From an uncultured Fibrobacterota bacterium (GTDB taxonomy: Bacteria > Fibrobacterota > Chitinivibrionia > Chitinivibrionales > FEN-1185), in contig CAVWBU010000019.1 in assembly GCA_963753345.1 (NCBI GenBank), forward strand, positions 64,001-128,000: a DNA stretch of 64,000 bases, written 5' to 3'. Below, one piece after another: positions 1 through 9,480 of the stretch. The notes beneath the pieces are model-generated. The model saw only the letters and a list, made by a program, of their open reading frames with translations, was not told where the DNA came from and made no database searches. Each line of letters opens with the position of its first letter. Position 1 is the stretch's first letter. The position numbers were made by a program, and so were the translations under genes.

Positions 1-2470
1 CGCGGTCGTAATTCTCTTTTCTTTTGGCCTCCTCATCCCACGACAATCCTTCACTGGAAGTGATTACATCATGATAGGGCAGGCCTGCATAGAAATTGCC
101 GATGAGAAATGCAGTCAGCATAGTATCGATCAAGGAATAAGAGATAATAGTCTTATTCGTCCAGGGCATATCCCACTCGTAGGGTTCCTGATTACCATGA
201 GACAACAGTACCGATTTTGATATTGACTGGACGCACCGCATATTAATTCTTTTGCCGAGATTGGCCGTGATCTCCGCATTAATTCCTACGGAAAAGAATT
301 GATCATTGGTGTTCTCGTCCCATACCGGCATGCGCGGATTTTGACTGTAGACGAGTTGATATGGTCGGTACTTGACAAACTCCTCAAGGGATCCCTCAAG
401 CCAAGACAGCGGCTTCAGGTGGACTTGGGAACTGGCATTGTAGGTCTGGACTAATTTCTGTTCAATTGCCTGCGAAGGCATGCCGCGTATATCTGGTTGT
501 GACGTAATGATTCCTGCGGAAGCCTTGAATGAGTTCTTTCCAAAAGGGAACAGGAGCCAGAGGCCGGGATCGATATACCATTTTTCCCTGGGGAAACAAA
601 GCCCTTCGCACACATTGAGTCCGAACTGAAGATTGCCCGCCATCCTCCCGTAACTTTGGCCCGCTCTTATCTCGCCCTGGTACCCTGTTGCAATGATGCT
701 GTCGGCGTTGAGCGTCAAGATGCCGGTGGATTCCTGCGGAAGCAGCACGTGGCCCGTCCAGGGGACAAATTGCATCAAGAGGCTCGTGGTAACCCGGCCC
801 GAGCCTGCAAAGAACGCCGGCCCCTCCGCAGACAACGCCATGCTTTTGCGCTCCACATCCTTGCTGTACGCGGCAACCCCCGATTCGCTCTCAAACCAGT
901 GTTGCAAAGCCCCGCCTACCGCAAGGCTCCTGCACCACGGCACCGGCAGGCTGTCCAGAGAGACGATGCAAATTCCCCACGGAATTTCCTTTTGTCGATC
1001 GAGCGCACTATCGGCATAGACATCCTCGGAGAGCCAAACGAGCTGCCTCATTCTTGCTCCGAAAACTTTTTGGGAGCCAAGAAATTGGACGTCCGTGTAG
1101 GTTGATGGCGCGGAATAACCAGCAGGAAGATTGTTGTCCACGATCTTGTATTCGTTCAGGAACCAAAGCGCGTACTTGTCGGATGGCCGGTAGGAAATCT
1201 GGTACAAATCCTCGCCCCTTCTCATCGGGACGGAGAGTGTCAGGTCCGCGCCGAGAGTTCCATAGTTGATAAGAAGCTCCGGGCGGGCCACGTGTATCGG
1301 ATCGTGAATTATCCCGGGATCGATCCGCAAAACCGAACCGGAACCTCCGCTGTACAATCCGCTGATGCCGGTGGTGAGAAGTTCAATGTCGAGCGGCGTT
1401 CCAAGGGAGAATATGCTTCTGTCAAAATAGGAAACACCCGCAAAATGCGACGGAATAAAAATGGGAATGCCGCGAAGCATGAAGCAGTTGTCGTACGGGC
1501 CGTCGCCGTTGACAAGAAGAAGCGACTGGGCGTTTGGGGCCGATGCGACTCCCGATTGGGTCGTGAGGAGGTTGTTCAGGTCGTCGGTCCGTCCGTATAT
1601 CTTTTCCTCCTTTGCAACGTCAATCTTCTTTTGAGTCAGGTGTCCGTAGGCAACGATTTCATTCTGCGCTCCGGGCGATTCTTCCAGCCAATACGTGGTT
1701 TTCGTGACTTCGCCGCATCGAATCACAACGCTGTCACACCGTGTCCTGAATCCCAGCCTTCCCATTCTCATCAGCACTTTGCATGATGGTATTGATTTGA
1801 AAGAGAATCTTCCCAGAGAATCTGTTTCTGTAATGAGACGACCGTTTTCAAGATGCTGTCCGTGAAAGGTGCCTATCTTGTCAAGATATGATCGTATCGG
1901 GACTGCGGGGTCTGTTTCACAAAGTGAATCAAGAAGTGACACCTCTATCGCGACTCCCGAAAGCGGCTTGTGTGTTTGCTCCTCACGAATAAAGCCGACA
2001 AGATTTTCGAAGGCTTGGATGGAGTCAAGAATTTGTCTCAACGCGAAATGATATTGAAATCGGAGCGTCACGGCAACTGGTTTGTGGTGCGCCAGTCCGG
2101 GGGAAAAGACGAACTTCAGCGCGGCCGCCTTTGCTGCCGAGTCAAGTTGAGGCGAGACGCCATTGGCCACGGCAACACTGTCCACAAGGCCGCTCTCATT
2201 GACCAGAATGTTAAGCGCCACTGTTCCTTCAACGCCCTGCTTTGCCTGTTCTGCAGGGTACTGCGCTTGTACAAACCTGACAAGCTCCGGTTCCCTGTCA
2301 AGCAAAACCAGGGAATCTCCCGAAGTGCGGCGCGCGTCGGCGGATGATATGGTCGATGCAAAGGTGGAATCCACTGCGCAAAGCCGGAATGAAATGACAA
2401 GCAGCATCACCCACAAACCGCCAACAACAGGTGTCCGGCAACGGTTTGTGGAGAAGCCGTGCATTGTCAT
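1..2470 (-). CDS. TonB C-terminal domain / carboxypeptidase-regulatory-like domain / TonB-dependent receptor fusion (3' end runs off the window)
   Basis: Not in the ORF track because it has no stop in the window. Manual translation gives an open frame from ATG 2470: hydrophobic N-terminus, TonB_C-like segment (EPELVRFVQAQYPAEQAKQGVEGTVALNILVNESGLVDSV...FSPG...PVAV), TDSLGRFSF segment, plug-like LLVNGDGPYDN..IPIF.PSHF, then beta-barrel-like sequence. Confidence 0.75.
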   Translation of the reverse strand, partial: MTMHGFSTNRCRTPVVGGLWVMLLVISFRLCAVDSTFASTISSADARRTSGDSLVLLDREPELVRFVQAQYPAEQAKQGVEGTVALNILVNESGLVDSVAVANGVSPQLDSAAKAAALKFVFSPGLAHHKPVAVTLRFQYHFALRQILDSIQAFENLVGFIREEQTHKPLSGVAIEVSLLDSLCETDPAVPIRSYLDKIGTFHGQHLENGRLITETDSLGRFSFKSIPSCKVLMRMGRLGFRTRCDSVVIRCGEVTKTTYWLEESPGAQNEIVAYGHLTQKKIDVAKEEKIYGRTDDLNNLLTTQSGVASAPNAQSLLLVNGDGPYDNCFMLRGIPIFIPSHFAGVSYFDRSIFSLGTPLDIELLTTGISGLYSGGSGSVLRIDPGIIHDPIHVARPELLINYGTLGADLTLSVPMRRGEDLYQISYRPSDKYALWFLNEYKIVDNNLPAGYSAPSTYTDVQFLGSQKVFGARMRQLVWLSEDVYADSALDRQKEIPWGICIVSLDSLPVPWCRSLAVGGALQHWFESESGVAAYSKDVERKSMALSAEGPAFFAGSGRVTTSLLMQFVPWTGHVLLPQESTGILTLNADSIIATGYQGEIRAGQSYGRMAGNLQFGLNVCEGLCFPREKWYIDPGLWLLFPFGKNSFKASAGIITSQPDIRGMPSQAIEQKLVQTYNASSQVHLKPLSWLEGSLEEFVKYRPYQLVYSQNPRMPVWDENTNDQFFSVGINAEITANLGKRINMRCVQSISKSVLLSHGNQEPYEWDMPWTNKTIISYSLIDTMLTAFLIGNFYAGLPYHDVITSSEGLSWDEEAKRKENYDR

Positions 2471-2675
2471 AAGGTAATACTACGACTTTGCAAAAAAAAG
2501 ATTGCGGAAATGTGATGATCTAATTTGTCAATTGTATTTCTTGATGTGGTGATTGTGCCATAGCGCGGGCAGACGTCTTGTATTTGTGGACCTCTGAAAA
2601 GAAAGGAATCCTCTGTGTGGCCTGGATTCTGCGATCCAGGTCCTATAGTACCGTGACCAAATCTATTTTGAAAGC

Positions 2676-2975
2676 ATGAAGAAGAAAGTCTTCAGAAAAG
2701 GTCGGATTCCCAAAAACAGAGTCCCGACGCATCCCGGAGAGGTCCTGCTGGAGGAATTCTTGAAGCCTTCTGGCATGTCTCAGGTGGAACTGGCGCAAAA
2801 GCTTTCCGTTCCGGTACAGCGGCTGAATACGCTGATCAACGGGAAACGCGGAGTAACCGCGGAGACCGCGCTGTTATTGGCGCGCGAATTCAAGACTTCA
2901 CCGGAATTCTGGATGAATCTACAGGCTAATTTCGATCTGTATTATGCGCGGAAGAATCTTGAGTTGGCGGCATAG
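2676..2975 (+). CDS. higA: HigA-family addiction module antitoxin (XRE HTH), no cognate toxin adjacent
   Basis: THPGEVLLEEFLKP...LINGKRGVTAETALLLAREFKTSPEFWMNLQ is the typical HigA pattern. Confidence 0.9.
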   Translation: MKKKVFRKGRIPKNRVPTHPGEVLLEEFLKPSGMSQVELAQKLSVPVQRLNTLINGKRGVTAETALLLAREFKTSPEFWMNLQANFDLYYARKNLELAA

Positions 2976-2977
2976 CC

Positions 2978-5263
2978 TCAATCACCGGTCTCCAACGCCC
3001 TCTTCGCCCCGGCCACCACAAGCTGCCCATACGAAATACATTCGTCATTCGGCGGCGTGCGCCGGTGCAAAACAGGCGTAAGCCCCGCCTGCTTCAAAAG
3101 CGGTAACAGCCGTGTCACGAGCAATGCGTTCTGGAACACGCCGCCGCTCAGGCACACGTTGGTGCACCCGCATTGCTGTGCGGCAATGGCGGCGGCGGCC
3201 GCGGTTGCCTGTGCGATGCTCGTGTGGAACCGCGCCGCAATTTTCGGCACCGGCGTTCCGCTTTTAAGGTCCTCGTATACTTCGCACAGCAGAGCCGGCC
3301 CGTCGATGATGATTCCGTCCTCCTCGATTGACAGGGGCGAGCCGTACGAGCCGGCCTCCAGCGGATCGACCGCGCCTTCGAGCATGATCGCCGGCTGTCC
3401 CTCGTACGTTCTTTTCGAGCAGATGCCGAGCAGTGCCGACGCGGCATCGAACAGCCTGCCCATGCCGCTCGACCGAACGCAGTTGACGTTGGATTTCACC
3501 ATGTCAAGCACTGCTGATTTTTCCTCCTGCGGCATCTGCGGAAGGGCGCTTTCCGCTTTGTCGCCAAGAAGCCTAAACAGCGCGGCAAGCGCGATGCGGC
3601 CCGGGTTGCGAATCGCTTCGTCGCCGCCGGGTAGGGAAAGGTATGAGAGGTGCCCCAGCCTGCTATAGCCGGTGTAGGTCGCGTGCAGGATCTCGCCACC
3701 CCATATCGTGCCGTCCTCGCCGTATCCCGTGCCGTCGAAAACGGCAGCGAGCACCCCATCTGAAATCTCGTTTTCCGCCATGCAGGCGGCCGCATGCGCG
3801 TGATGGTGCTGGATCTTTACAACAGGCAAACCCGAAGACGTCGCGTGCGATCCGATAAGCGACTGCGGGTGCATGTCGCACACGTAAACGGCCGGGGTCA
3901 CGCCGAGCGCGGCCGCAAGGTGGTTTGTCGCAAAGGCCAGGCTGTCGAGCGCCTCAGTCGTATCGACCGTTCCTATATAATGGGACAGGTAGCAGTCATT
4001 TTTCCTGCCAGCGGCAACCGTGCTTTTCAGAACGCCGCCCAAAGCAACAAGGCCGGTCACATCTGCGGGAGACGGTAATGGTTCGGGGACGAATCCGCGC
4101 GACCGCCGCAGGATCACGGGCATGTCGGTAACGACGCGTACAATGGAATCGTCGTTGCGCATGTAAATGGCCCGGTCATGCGTGAGGAATGCGTCGGCAA
4201 TGCCGCCGAGGGTCGTATAGGCTTTGTCATCGCCGTGGATGATGGGTTCGTCGGCCAGATTCGCACTTGTCATGACAAGAGGAGGGATTCCATCGTCATG
4301 AAAAAGCAGGTGATGTAACGGTGCGTAGGGAAGCATGACGGCAAGCGTGGGCAGTCCCGGAGCAACTTCGTTTGCAATCCCCGGAGCTCCGCTCTTCTTT
4401 GCAAGCAGCACGATCGGGCGCTCCGGACTTTCGAGGATGTTCTGTTCGGCTGCGGATATCACCGCGCACCGGAGGGCCGCCGGCGCGTCCTTCACCATAA
4501 TCGCAAAAGGTTTCTCCTCGCGCTGTTTGCGCTTGCGAAGGACCGAGACGGCCGCTCCTGAATCGGCCCTGCAGGCAAGATGGAATCCGCCGATGCCTTT
4601 TATGGCCAGGATTTTCCCGCTGTTCAGCAGCTCGATTGCGGCGGTGATCGGATCATCTTTGTTGACGATAGTGCGTCTACTGTCCGTCAAGGCAAGTTTC
4701 GGTCCGCAATCGTGGCAGCAGATTGGCTGGGCATGAAATCGCCGGTTCGCGGGATCTTCATATTCCCTTTTACATTTATCGCACATGTCAAATGACGACA
4801 TGGTGGTGTTGGGCCGGTCGTACGGTAGCAGTTTGATGATGGTGTAACGCGGGCCGCAGTCGGTGCAGTTGATAAAAGGATGATGAAATCGGCGGTTTGA
4901 AGGATCAAACATTTCCTCCAGGCATGCCGGGCACACCGCGGTGTCGCGTGCGATATCGATTTCCGCGGATTCGCCTTTGTCACTTTGCGCGATGCTGAAG
5001 CCTGCAGGGACGTTTTCAACGGTTGTTTCCTTGATGGCGATTGATTTGATGTGCGCCAAAGGAGGAGCGGATTGTTTGATTGATTGTATAAATGCATCGA
5101 GATGATTTTTGTCGCCGAATGCTTTGATAGTCACTCCCGAGCTGTCATTTCGCACTTCGCCCCTGATTGAATGAATCTTTGCGATACGATAGACAAACGG
5201 CCTGAACCCGACGCCTTGAACCGTGCCTTTGATTGTGATAGTGAAACAGAGTTTTGGTTTCAT
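2978..5263 (-). CDS. hypF: carbamoyltransferase HypF
   Basis: Acylphosphatase domain GTVQGVGFRPFV, two CxxC zinc fingers, KGIGGFHLAC, QHHHAH, FDGTGYG, NDECIS; likely start MKPKL at 5263. Confidence 0.95.
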   Translation of the reverse strand: MKPKLCFTITIKGTVQGVGFRPFVYRIAKIHSIRGEVRNDSSGVTIKAFGDKNHLDAFIQSIKQSAPPLAHIKSIAIKETTVENVPAGFSIAQSDKGESAEIDIARDTAVCPACLEEMFDPSNRRFHHPFINCTDCGPRYTIIKLLPYDRPNTTMSSFDMCDKCKREYEDPANRRFHAQPICCHDCGPKLALTDSRRTIVNKDDPITAAIELLNSGKILAIKGIGGFHLACRADSGAAVSVLRKRKQREEKPFAIMVKDAPAALRCAVISAAEQNILESPERPIVLLAKKSGAPGIANEVAPGLPTLAVMLPYAPLHHLLFHDDGIPPLVMTSANLADEPIIHGDDKAYTTLGGIADAFLTHDRAIYMRNDDSIVRVVTDMPVILRRSRGFVPEPLPSPADVTGLVALGGVLKSTVAAGRKNDCYLSHYIGTVDTTEALDSLAFATNHLAAALGVTPAVYVCDMHPQSLIGSHATSSGLPVVKIQHHHAHAAACMAENEISDGVLAAVFDGTGYGEDGTIWGGEILHATYTGYSRLGHLSYLSLPGGDEAIRNPGRIALAALFRLLGDKAESALPQMPQEEKSAVLDMVKSNVNCVRSSGMGRLFDAASALLGICSKRTYEGQPAIMLEGAVDPLEAGSYGSPLSIEEDGIIIDGPALLCEVYEDLKSGTPVPKIAARFHTSIAQATAAAAAIAAQQCGCTNVCLSGGVFQNALLVTRLLPLLKQAGLTPVLHRRTPPNDECISYGQLVVAGAKRALETGD

Positions 5264-5303
5264 GAGGGTGCGGCTGTGCGCGGCTTCGGGCCACCGGGCA
5301 TTT

Positions 5304-5961
5304 TCAGGGGCGACCGTGGGATTTGAGGCCTTCCAGGTACGCGGCGAGCGCGTCCACTCCTTCGCCCGTGGTGCACGACACCCGGAATATCTCGGCGTCG
5401 TTATCTGAGCTTCCGGATGTCGGCAATGGCGCGCTCGACGTCGAACTTCACATACGGGAGCAGGTCGATCTTGTTGATCACCACGGCCGCGGCGCGGACA
5501 AAGAGGCCCGGGTACTTGATGGGTTTCTCGTCGCCCTCGGCCACCGACAACACCGCCAGTTTTTCGTCCTCGCCGAGGTCGTACGACGATGGGCACACGA
5601 GGTTTCCCACGTTTTCGATCACCAGCAGCCGTACACCGGCAAAAGACTGTTGTTTGACGACCTCGTGTATCATGTGCGCCGTAAGATGGCAGGAGCCCCT
5701 GGTTTCAATCTGGATCGCCTGCGCGCCCGCTTTTTCCAGTCTTTCTTTGTCAAGCTGCGTCTGGATGTCGCCGGTGATCACCAGAAGGGAGCGTCCCATC
5801 CGGCCGGCAAGCGCCTCGAGGATAGACGTCTTGCCCGAGCCGGGCGAGCTTATCATGTTGACAACCGCGATGCCCGCTTTCCGGAACAGGTCCCTGTTGT
5901 GAGCGGCCACCGCATCGTTGATCGCATGCGCGCTTTTTTCGAGCCGTATTGTTTCAGGCAT
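5304..5961 (-). CDS. hypB: hydrogenase nickel incorporation GTPase HypB (one extra base at ~5405)
   Basis: SSPGSGKT, CHL, ENVGNLVCP, EGDEKPIKYP, NKID; deleting base 5405 restores C-terminus NNDAEIFRVSCTTGEGVDAL... ending at TGA 5304. Confidence 0.9.
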
Positions 5962-6289
5962 CCTCGACCTCAATGCTTTCCACCATGCAGTCCTGGCCCG
6001 CGGTAACGGTCCTGGCGTATTCGCCGCACTTCGGGCAGGCGGAAGCCATGGTTCGTGCCGTGTACTGTTCGCCGCACGAGCAGGTGAATGCCGCCGGCAC
6101 CTCTTTAAATTCGATTTTCACGTTGTTCATGCCCATGTCCGGGAGGACGAGTTCAAGGTACATGGTGAGCGATTCGGTAAATATACCACTCAGCGCGCCG
6201 ACGGCGAGCGTGATTTGCCGCACCGGGCGGCCCTGCGCCGTTTGCTTGACAAGAGCGGCTATTTCGCAGGCGACCGAATATTCGTGCAT
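5954..6289 (-). CDS. hypA: hydrogenase maturation nickel metallochaperone HypA
   Basis: MHEYS N-terminus, VGALSG, CSC and CPKC zinc ligands. Confidence 0.92.
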   Translation of the reverse strand: MHEYSVACEIAALVKQTAQGRPVRQITLAVGALSGIFTESLTMYLELVLPDMGMNNVKIEFKEVPAAFTCSCGEQYTARTMASACPKCGEYARTVTAGQDCMVESIEVEDA

Positions 6290-6430
6290 GGTTGATTCCC
6301 GAAAAATGATGATCGCAAATGCGACCTCACCCCGTCCCCCTCTCCGCCAGGAGAGGGGCTCAAATCGAAAGCCGCTGTTCTTTTGACTCTTGGCAAGAAC
6401 CTTTGGGTTCCTTTTGTTATTCCAATGTCG

Positions 6431-6584
6431 CTCGTGGGTGCCCCCGCACAGGTGCTTGATTCTTGCAACCGGCCCCACTTGGGGTGCACCCAGGAGGGGG
6501 TAGCGCAGGACCGGCCGCAAATATTCTGAATTCTAGTTTATGAAGTACGCGGCCGGGCCGGAGCGAGGGGGAACCTTCCCCCCC
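6431..6584 (+). repeat. structured intergenic repeat family B, copy 1
   Basis: Shares TCGYGGGTGCCCCC, GGGGTGCACCCAGGAGGGGGTAGCG and GGCCGGGCCGGAGCGAGGGGG blocks with 21861-22014 and (reverse strand) 25504-25653. Confidence 0.8.
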
Positions 6585-6608
6585 GTTATAAAACTTTTTA
6601 CCGTTCTT

Positions 6609-7886
6609 TTAATGCGTCGAACAGGAAATGCACGGGTCGTATGCCCGCACGAGCATCTCGAGCAGAAGCTGGAGCTCGTCCTTGCCCCTTTCCTTGAACT
6701 GCGGGACAAGCTTGTCCATGTCAAGCTGGATGTTGGCATGGTTCTGGTTGGTGGGAATGATGCAGTTCGCCTTTACGCATTTCCCCTTTGTGTCGTAGGT
6801 GTAATCGTGGAACAAAATACCGCGCGGCACGTCGACCGCGCCCACGCCGCGGCCCTCGCGTGGCGTAAAGGAGACGGGCTCGGCGGCAAGCTTACCATCA
6901 AGCAATGCGTCGATATGATGAATGGTGCGCTCCGTAAAGTAAACGCATTCCACGAGCTGGGCCACGGTATTGAAATAGGGGTTGAAGCACGGCCCCTTCA
7001 TCCCGAAGTCTGCGGCGATCGCGGTAGACAGCGGCGAAAGCTGTTTGTAATTGTTGTTGTACCGGGCAAGCGCGCCTGCCATATAGGCGTCGCGGTTGAA
7101 CTTCGCCCATTTGGCGGTGGAATGCGGCGTCATGTATTCGTTGGTGACGCGCAGGTAATCCTTCACAGGTATTGGTTCTTCAACATCGGTCGACTTGATC
7201 TGGCCGTCGTAGCTGGCGTATTCCGACGGGTCGGTGAGCGACACATATTCGGTCTCGCGGGTAAAATTCGGCAGGCCGCCGGCCAAGGATTTCACCACGC
7301 CCGCAAGTGTCTGCAAATCCTTGAGCGCTTCCACATGCTTTGTCTTAAGAGCGGCGAGGTCTTTCTTTATCGGGACCTTGGTGAACCCGCCGATGCACGT
7401 GCGGATTGGGTGCGTGGTGCGTCCGCCCACCACGTCGCAGGTCTCGTTTGCGAGTCGGTGAAGCTTGACAACAAGGAGGACCGCGTCCTTGTGCGTCGTC
7501 GCCAGAGGGATAACGCTTCCCACTTTCAGAAGGTCGGGGAGCGCAAGGTACCCGATGTGGAGAATATGGCTTTGCAGGTTTTCGCCGTGGTTGAGGATCT
7601 CGCGGAGGTGGCGCGTCTGCTCGGAGATCTGAATGCCGAACGCGGCCTCGGTGGCCTTGAGCGACGCAAACGTATGGCCTATGGAGCAGATGCCGCAGAT
7701 GCGCGAGGTGATGCCCGCGACTTCGGTGCAGTCCCTGCCCACCACCATGGCCTCGAAGAACCGCGGCGCCTCGGGCACGCTCCATTGCACGGACTTGATT
7801 TCGCCTTTGTCTATGTCGACATGGATATTGCCGTGGCCCTCAACCCGGGTGACCGACCGGACGTCTATATGGATCGACGAGTTCAT
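6609..7886 (-). CDS. hydA: group 3b [NiFe]-hydrogenase (sulfhydrogenase) alpha/large subunit
   Basis: TRVEGHG, L1 RICGICSIGH, VPRG, L2 RAYDPCISCSTH; start MNSSIH overlaps the delta-subunit stop (ATGA). Confidence 0.93.
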   Translation of the reverse strand: MNSSIHIDVRSVTRVEGHGNIHVDIDKGEIKSVQWSVPEAPRFFEAMVVGRDCTEVAGITSRICGICSIGHTFASLKATEAAFGIQISEQTRHLREILNHGENLQSHILHIGYLALPDLLKVGSVIPLATTHKDAVLLVVKLHRLANETCDVVGGRTTHPIRTCIGGFTKVPIKKDLAALKTKHVEALKDLQTLAGVVKSLAGGLPNFTRETEYVSLTDPSEYASYDGQIKSTDVEEPIPVKDYLRVTNEYMTPHSTAKWAKFNRDAYMAGALARYNNNYKQLSPLSTAIAADFGMKGPCFNPYFNTVAQLVECVYFTERTIHHIDALLDGKLAAEPVSFTPREGRGVGAVDVPRGILFHDYTYDTKGKCVKANCIIPTNQNHANIQLDMDKLVPQFKERGKDELQLLLEMLVRAYDPCISCSTH

Positions 7887-8629
7887 TTGGTGGCCTCCGG
7901 CTCTATCGCAAACATGGTGAACTGCCGCATGATGTCTTCGGCCGTCAATTTGTTCTTGGTAAGGACTTCCTGCATGGCGTTCTTGTTCGGGTTGGGGACG
8001 GTGCCCCGGCAGCCTTCGCACGGGGAGTTGTTGCTTGGGCATATCGCGTTGCACCCGGCCCGGGTGATGGGGCCGATGCAGACCTGGCCCTTGTCGTACA
8101 TGCATTCGTTGCCCCGCGCCTTGCACTCCACGCACACCGGGTATTCGGGAATGTCGGGCGTGGTGCCGAACACCAGCGCTTTCACCACTTTTAGAAACTC
8201 GGATCGCGTTATGGGACATCCGTGTATCTTGTAATCAACAGGCACCACCTCGTGCACTGCCTTGGTGGGGTAGGTGTCGAGGTGCGGCATGGCAAAGTCT
8301 TTGCCGTACACTTCCTTCTTTACTTTGTCGATATTCCCCCACAGGTTCTTTATCTTGTTCACCCCGCCCGTGGTTGCGCATGCGCCGAACGCCACAAGCA
8401 CCTTTGCGCGGTTGCGGATGTCCTTGATGCGCTCCTCGTCGGCGGGACGCGAAATGGAACCCTCGATAAATGCGATGTCGTAGCTTGGGGCCTTGCCCGT
8501 GTACACTTCGCGGAACTCGACGATCTCGACGAGGTTGAGCACCGCGAGCAGGTCCTCCTCGAGGTTGGCTATCTGGAGCTGGCAGCCTTCGCAGCAGGTG
8601 AAATCGAAGAATGCGACTTTGGGTTTCAT
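7883..8629 (-). CDS. hydD: sulfhydrogenase delta/small subunit
   Basis: FTCCEGC, EGS, GACATTGG, GCP, C-terminal Fe-S cysteines. Confidence 0.92.
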   Translation of the reverse strand: MKPKVAFFDFTCCEGCQLQIANLEEDLLAVLNLVEIVEFREVYTGKAPSYDIAFIEGSISRPADEERIKDIRNRAKVLVAFGACATTGGVNKIKNLWGNIDKVKKEVYGKDFAMPHLDTYPTKAVHEVVPVDYKIHGCPITRSEFLKVVKALVFGTTPDIPEYPVCVECKARGNECMYDKGQVCIGPITRAGCNAICPSNNSPCEGCRGTVPNPNKNAMQEVLTKNKLTAEDIMRQFTMFAIEPEATK

Positions 8630-8630
8630 G

Positions 8631-9479
8631 TTACAGCGCCTCCACGAGGTGCGTTATGCCTTCGAGCGTGAACACGGGACCGTCCTGGCACACGTACACG
8701 CCGTCGATCTGGCAGTGGCCGCATTTTCCCACGCCGCATTTCATGCGGCGTTCCAGCGACACGATGACGTCGGCGTCCTTGAACCCCAGGGTGCGCAGCT
8801 CGAGGATCACGAATTTGTACATCACCGGCGGCCCCACGATGAAGGCCTTGGTGTTTTTCGGGTTGAGGCGGTCCTTGATTTTCGGGATAAGCGTGGTGAT
8901 GACGCCGGTATTGCCGTTCCACGACGGCGAGCCGCGGTCAACCGTTTCGAGAAATTCGATGGAGGTGTTCTTCTTCCACGAATCCATTTCATCGGTGAAA
9001 AGCCGCTGGGAAACGTCGGTGAAACCGCACAGCAGAAAGATCTTGCCGTAATCGGCGCGGTTGTCAAGCGCGTAGTTGATGGCCGAACGCAGCGGCACGA
9101 GCCCGATGCCCGCGCCGAAGAACAGGAGGTCCTTGCCCTTGAATTCGTCCATGGGGAAATGCGTGCCGTACGGGCCGCGTACCCCGAGGGTGTCGCCCGG
9201 CTTAAGGTCGTGGATCGCCGCCGTCACCTTGCCCACCTTGCGAATCACCATCTCGAAGCTGCCCTTCCTCGTGGGGGACGAGGAAACCGAGATGGGCGCC
9301 TCGCCGATTCCGGGAATGCAAAGTTCGGCGAACTGGCCGGGTTTGTGGCCAAGGTCTTTTCCGTCAAGTCTGAACTCGAAGTACCGGTCGCGCTCGGTCA
9401 TGGGGCTGGTCTTCACCACGGTAAGCATCTGGGGCATGTATATGGATTCGTGATTGCCGCATCCGCATGCTTCGCACAT
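8631..9479 (-). CDS. hydG: sulfhydrogenase gamma subunit (FAD/NAD(P)-binding, 2Fe-2S)
   Basis: PGQF, GEAPIS, RGPYG, GAGIGLVPLR, MKCGVGKCGHC, VCQDGPVF. Confidence 0.92.
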   Translation of the reverse strand: MCEACGCGNHESIYMPQMLTVVKTSPMTERDRYFEFRLDGKDLGHKPGQFAELCIPGIGEAPISVSSSPTRKGSFEMVIRKVGKVTAAIHDLKPGDTLGVRGPYGTHFPMDEFKGKDLLFFGAGIGLVPLRSAINYALDNRADYGKIFLLCGFTDVSQRLFTDEMDSWKKNTSIEFLETVDRGSPSWNGNTGVITTLIPKIKDRLNPKNTKAFIVGPPVMYKFVILELRTLGFKDADVIVSLERRMKCGVGKCGHCQIDGVYVCQDGPVFTLEGITHLVEAL

Positions 9480-9480
9480 G

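Noticed and set aside
5264-8219. N-terminal extensions of HypF (872 aa) and HydA (536 aa) in the ORF track
   Set aside because: The extensions overlap hypB and hydD in other frames; family-typical starts are at 5263 and 7886.
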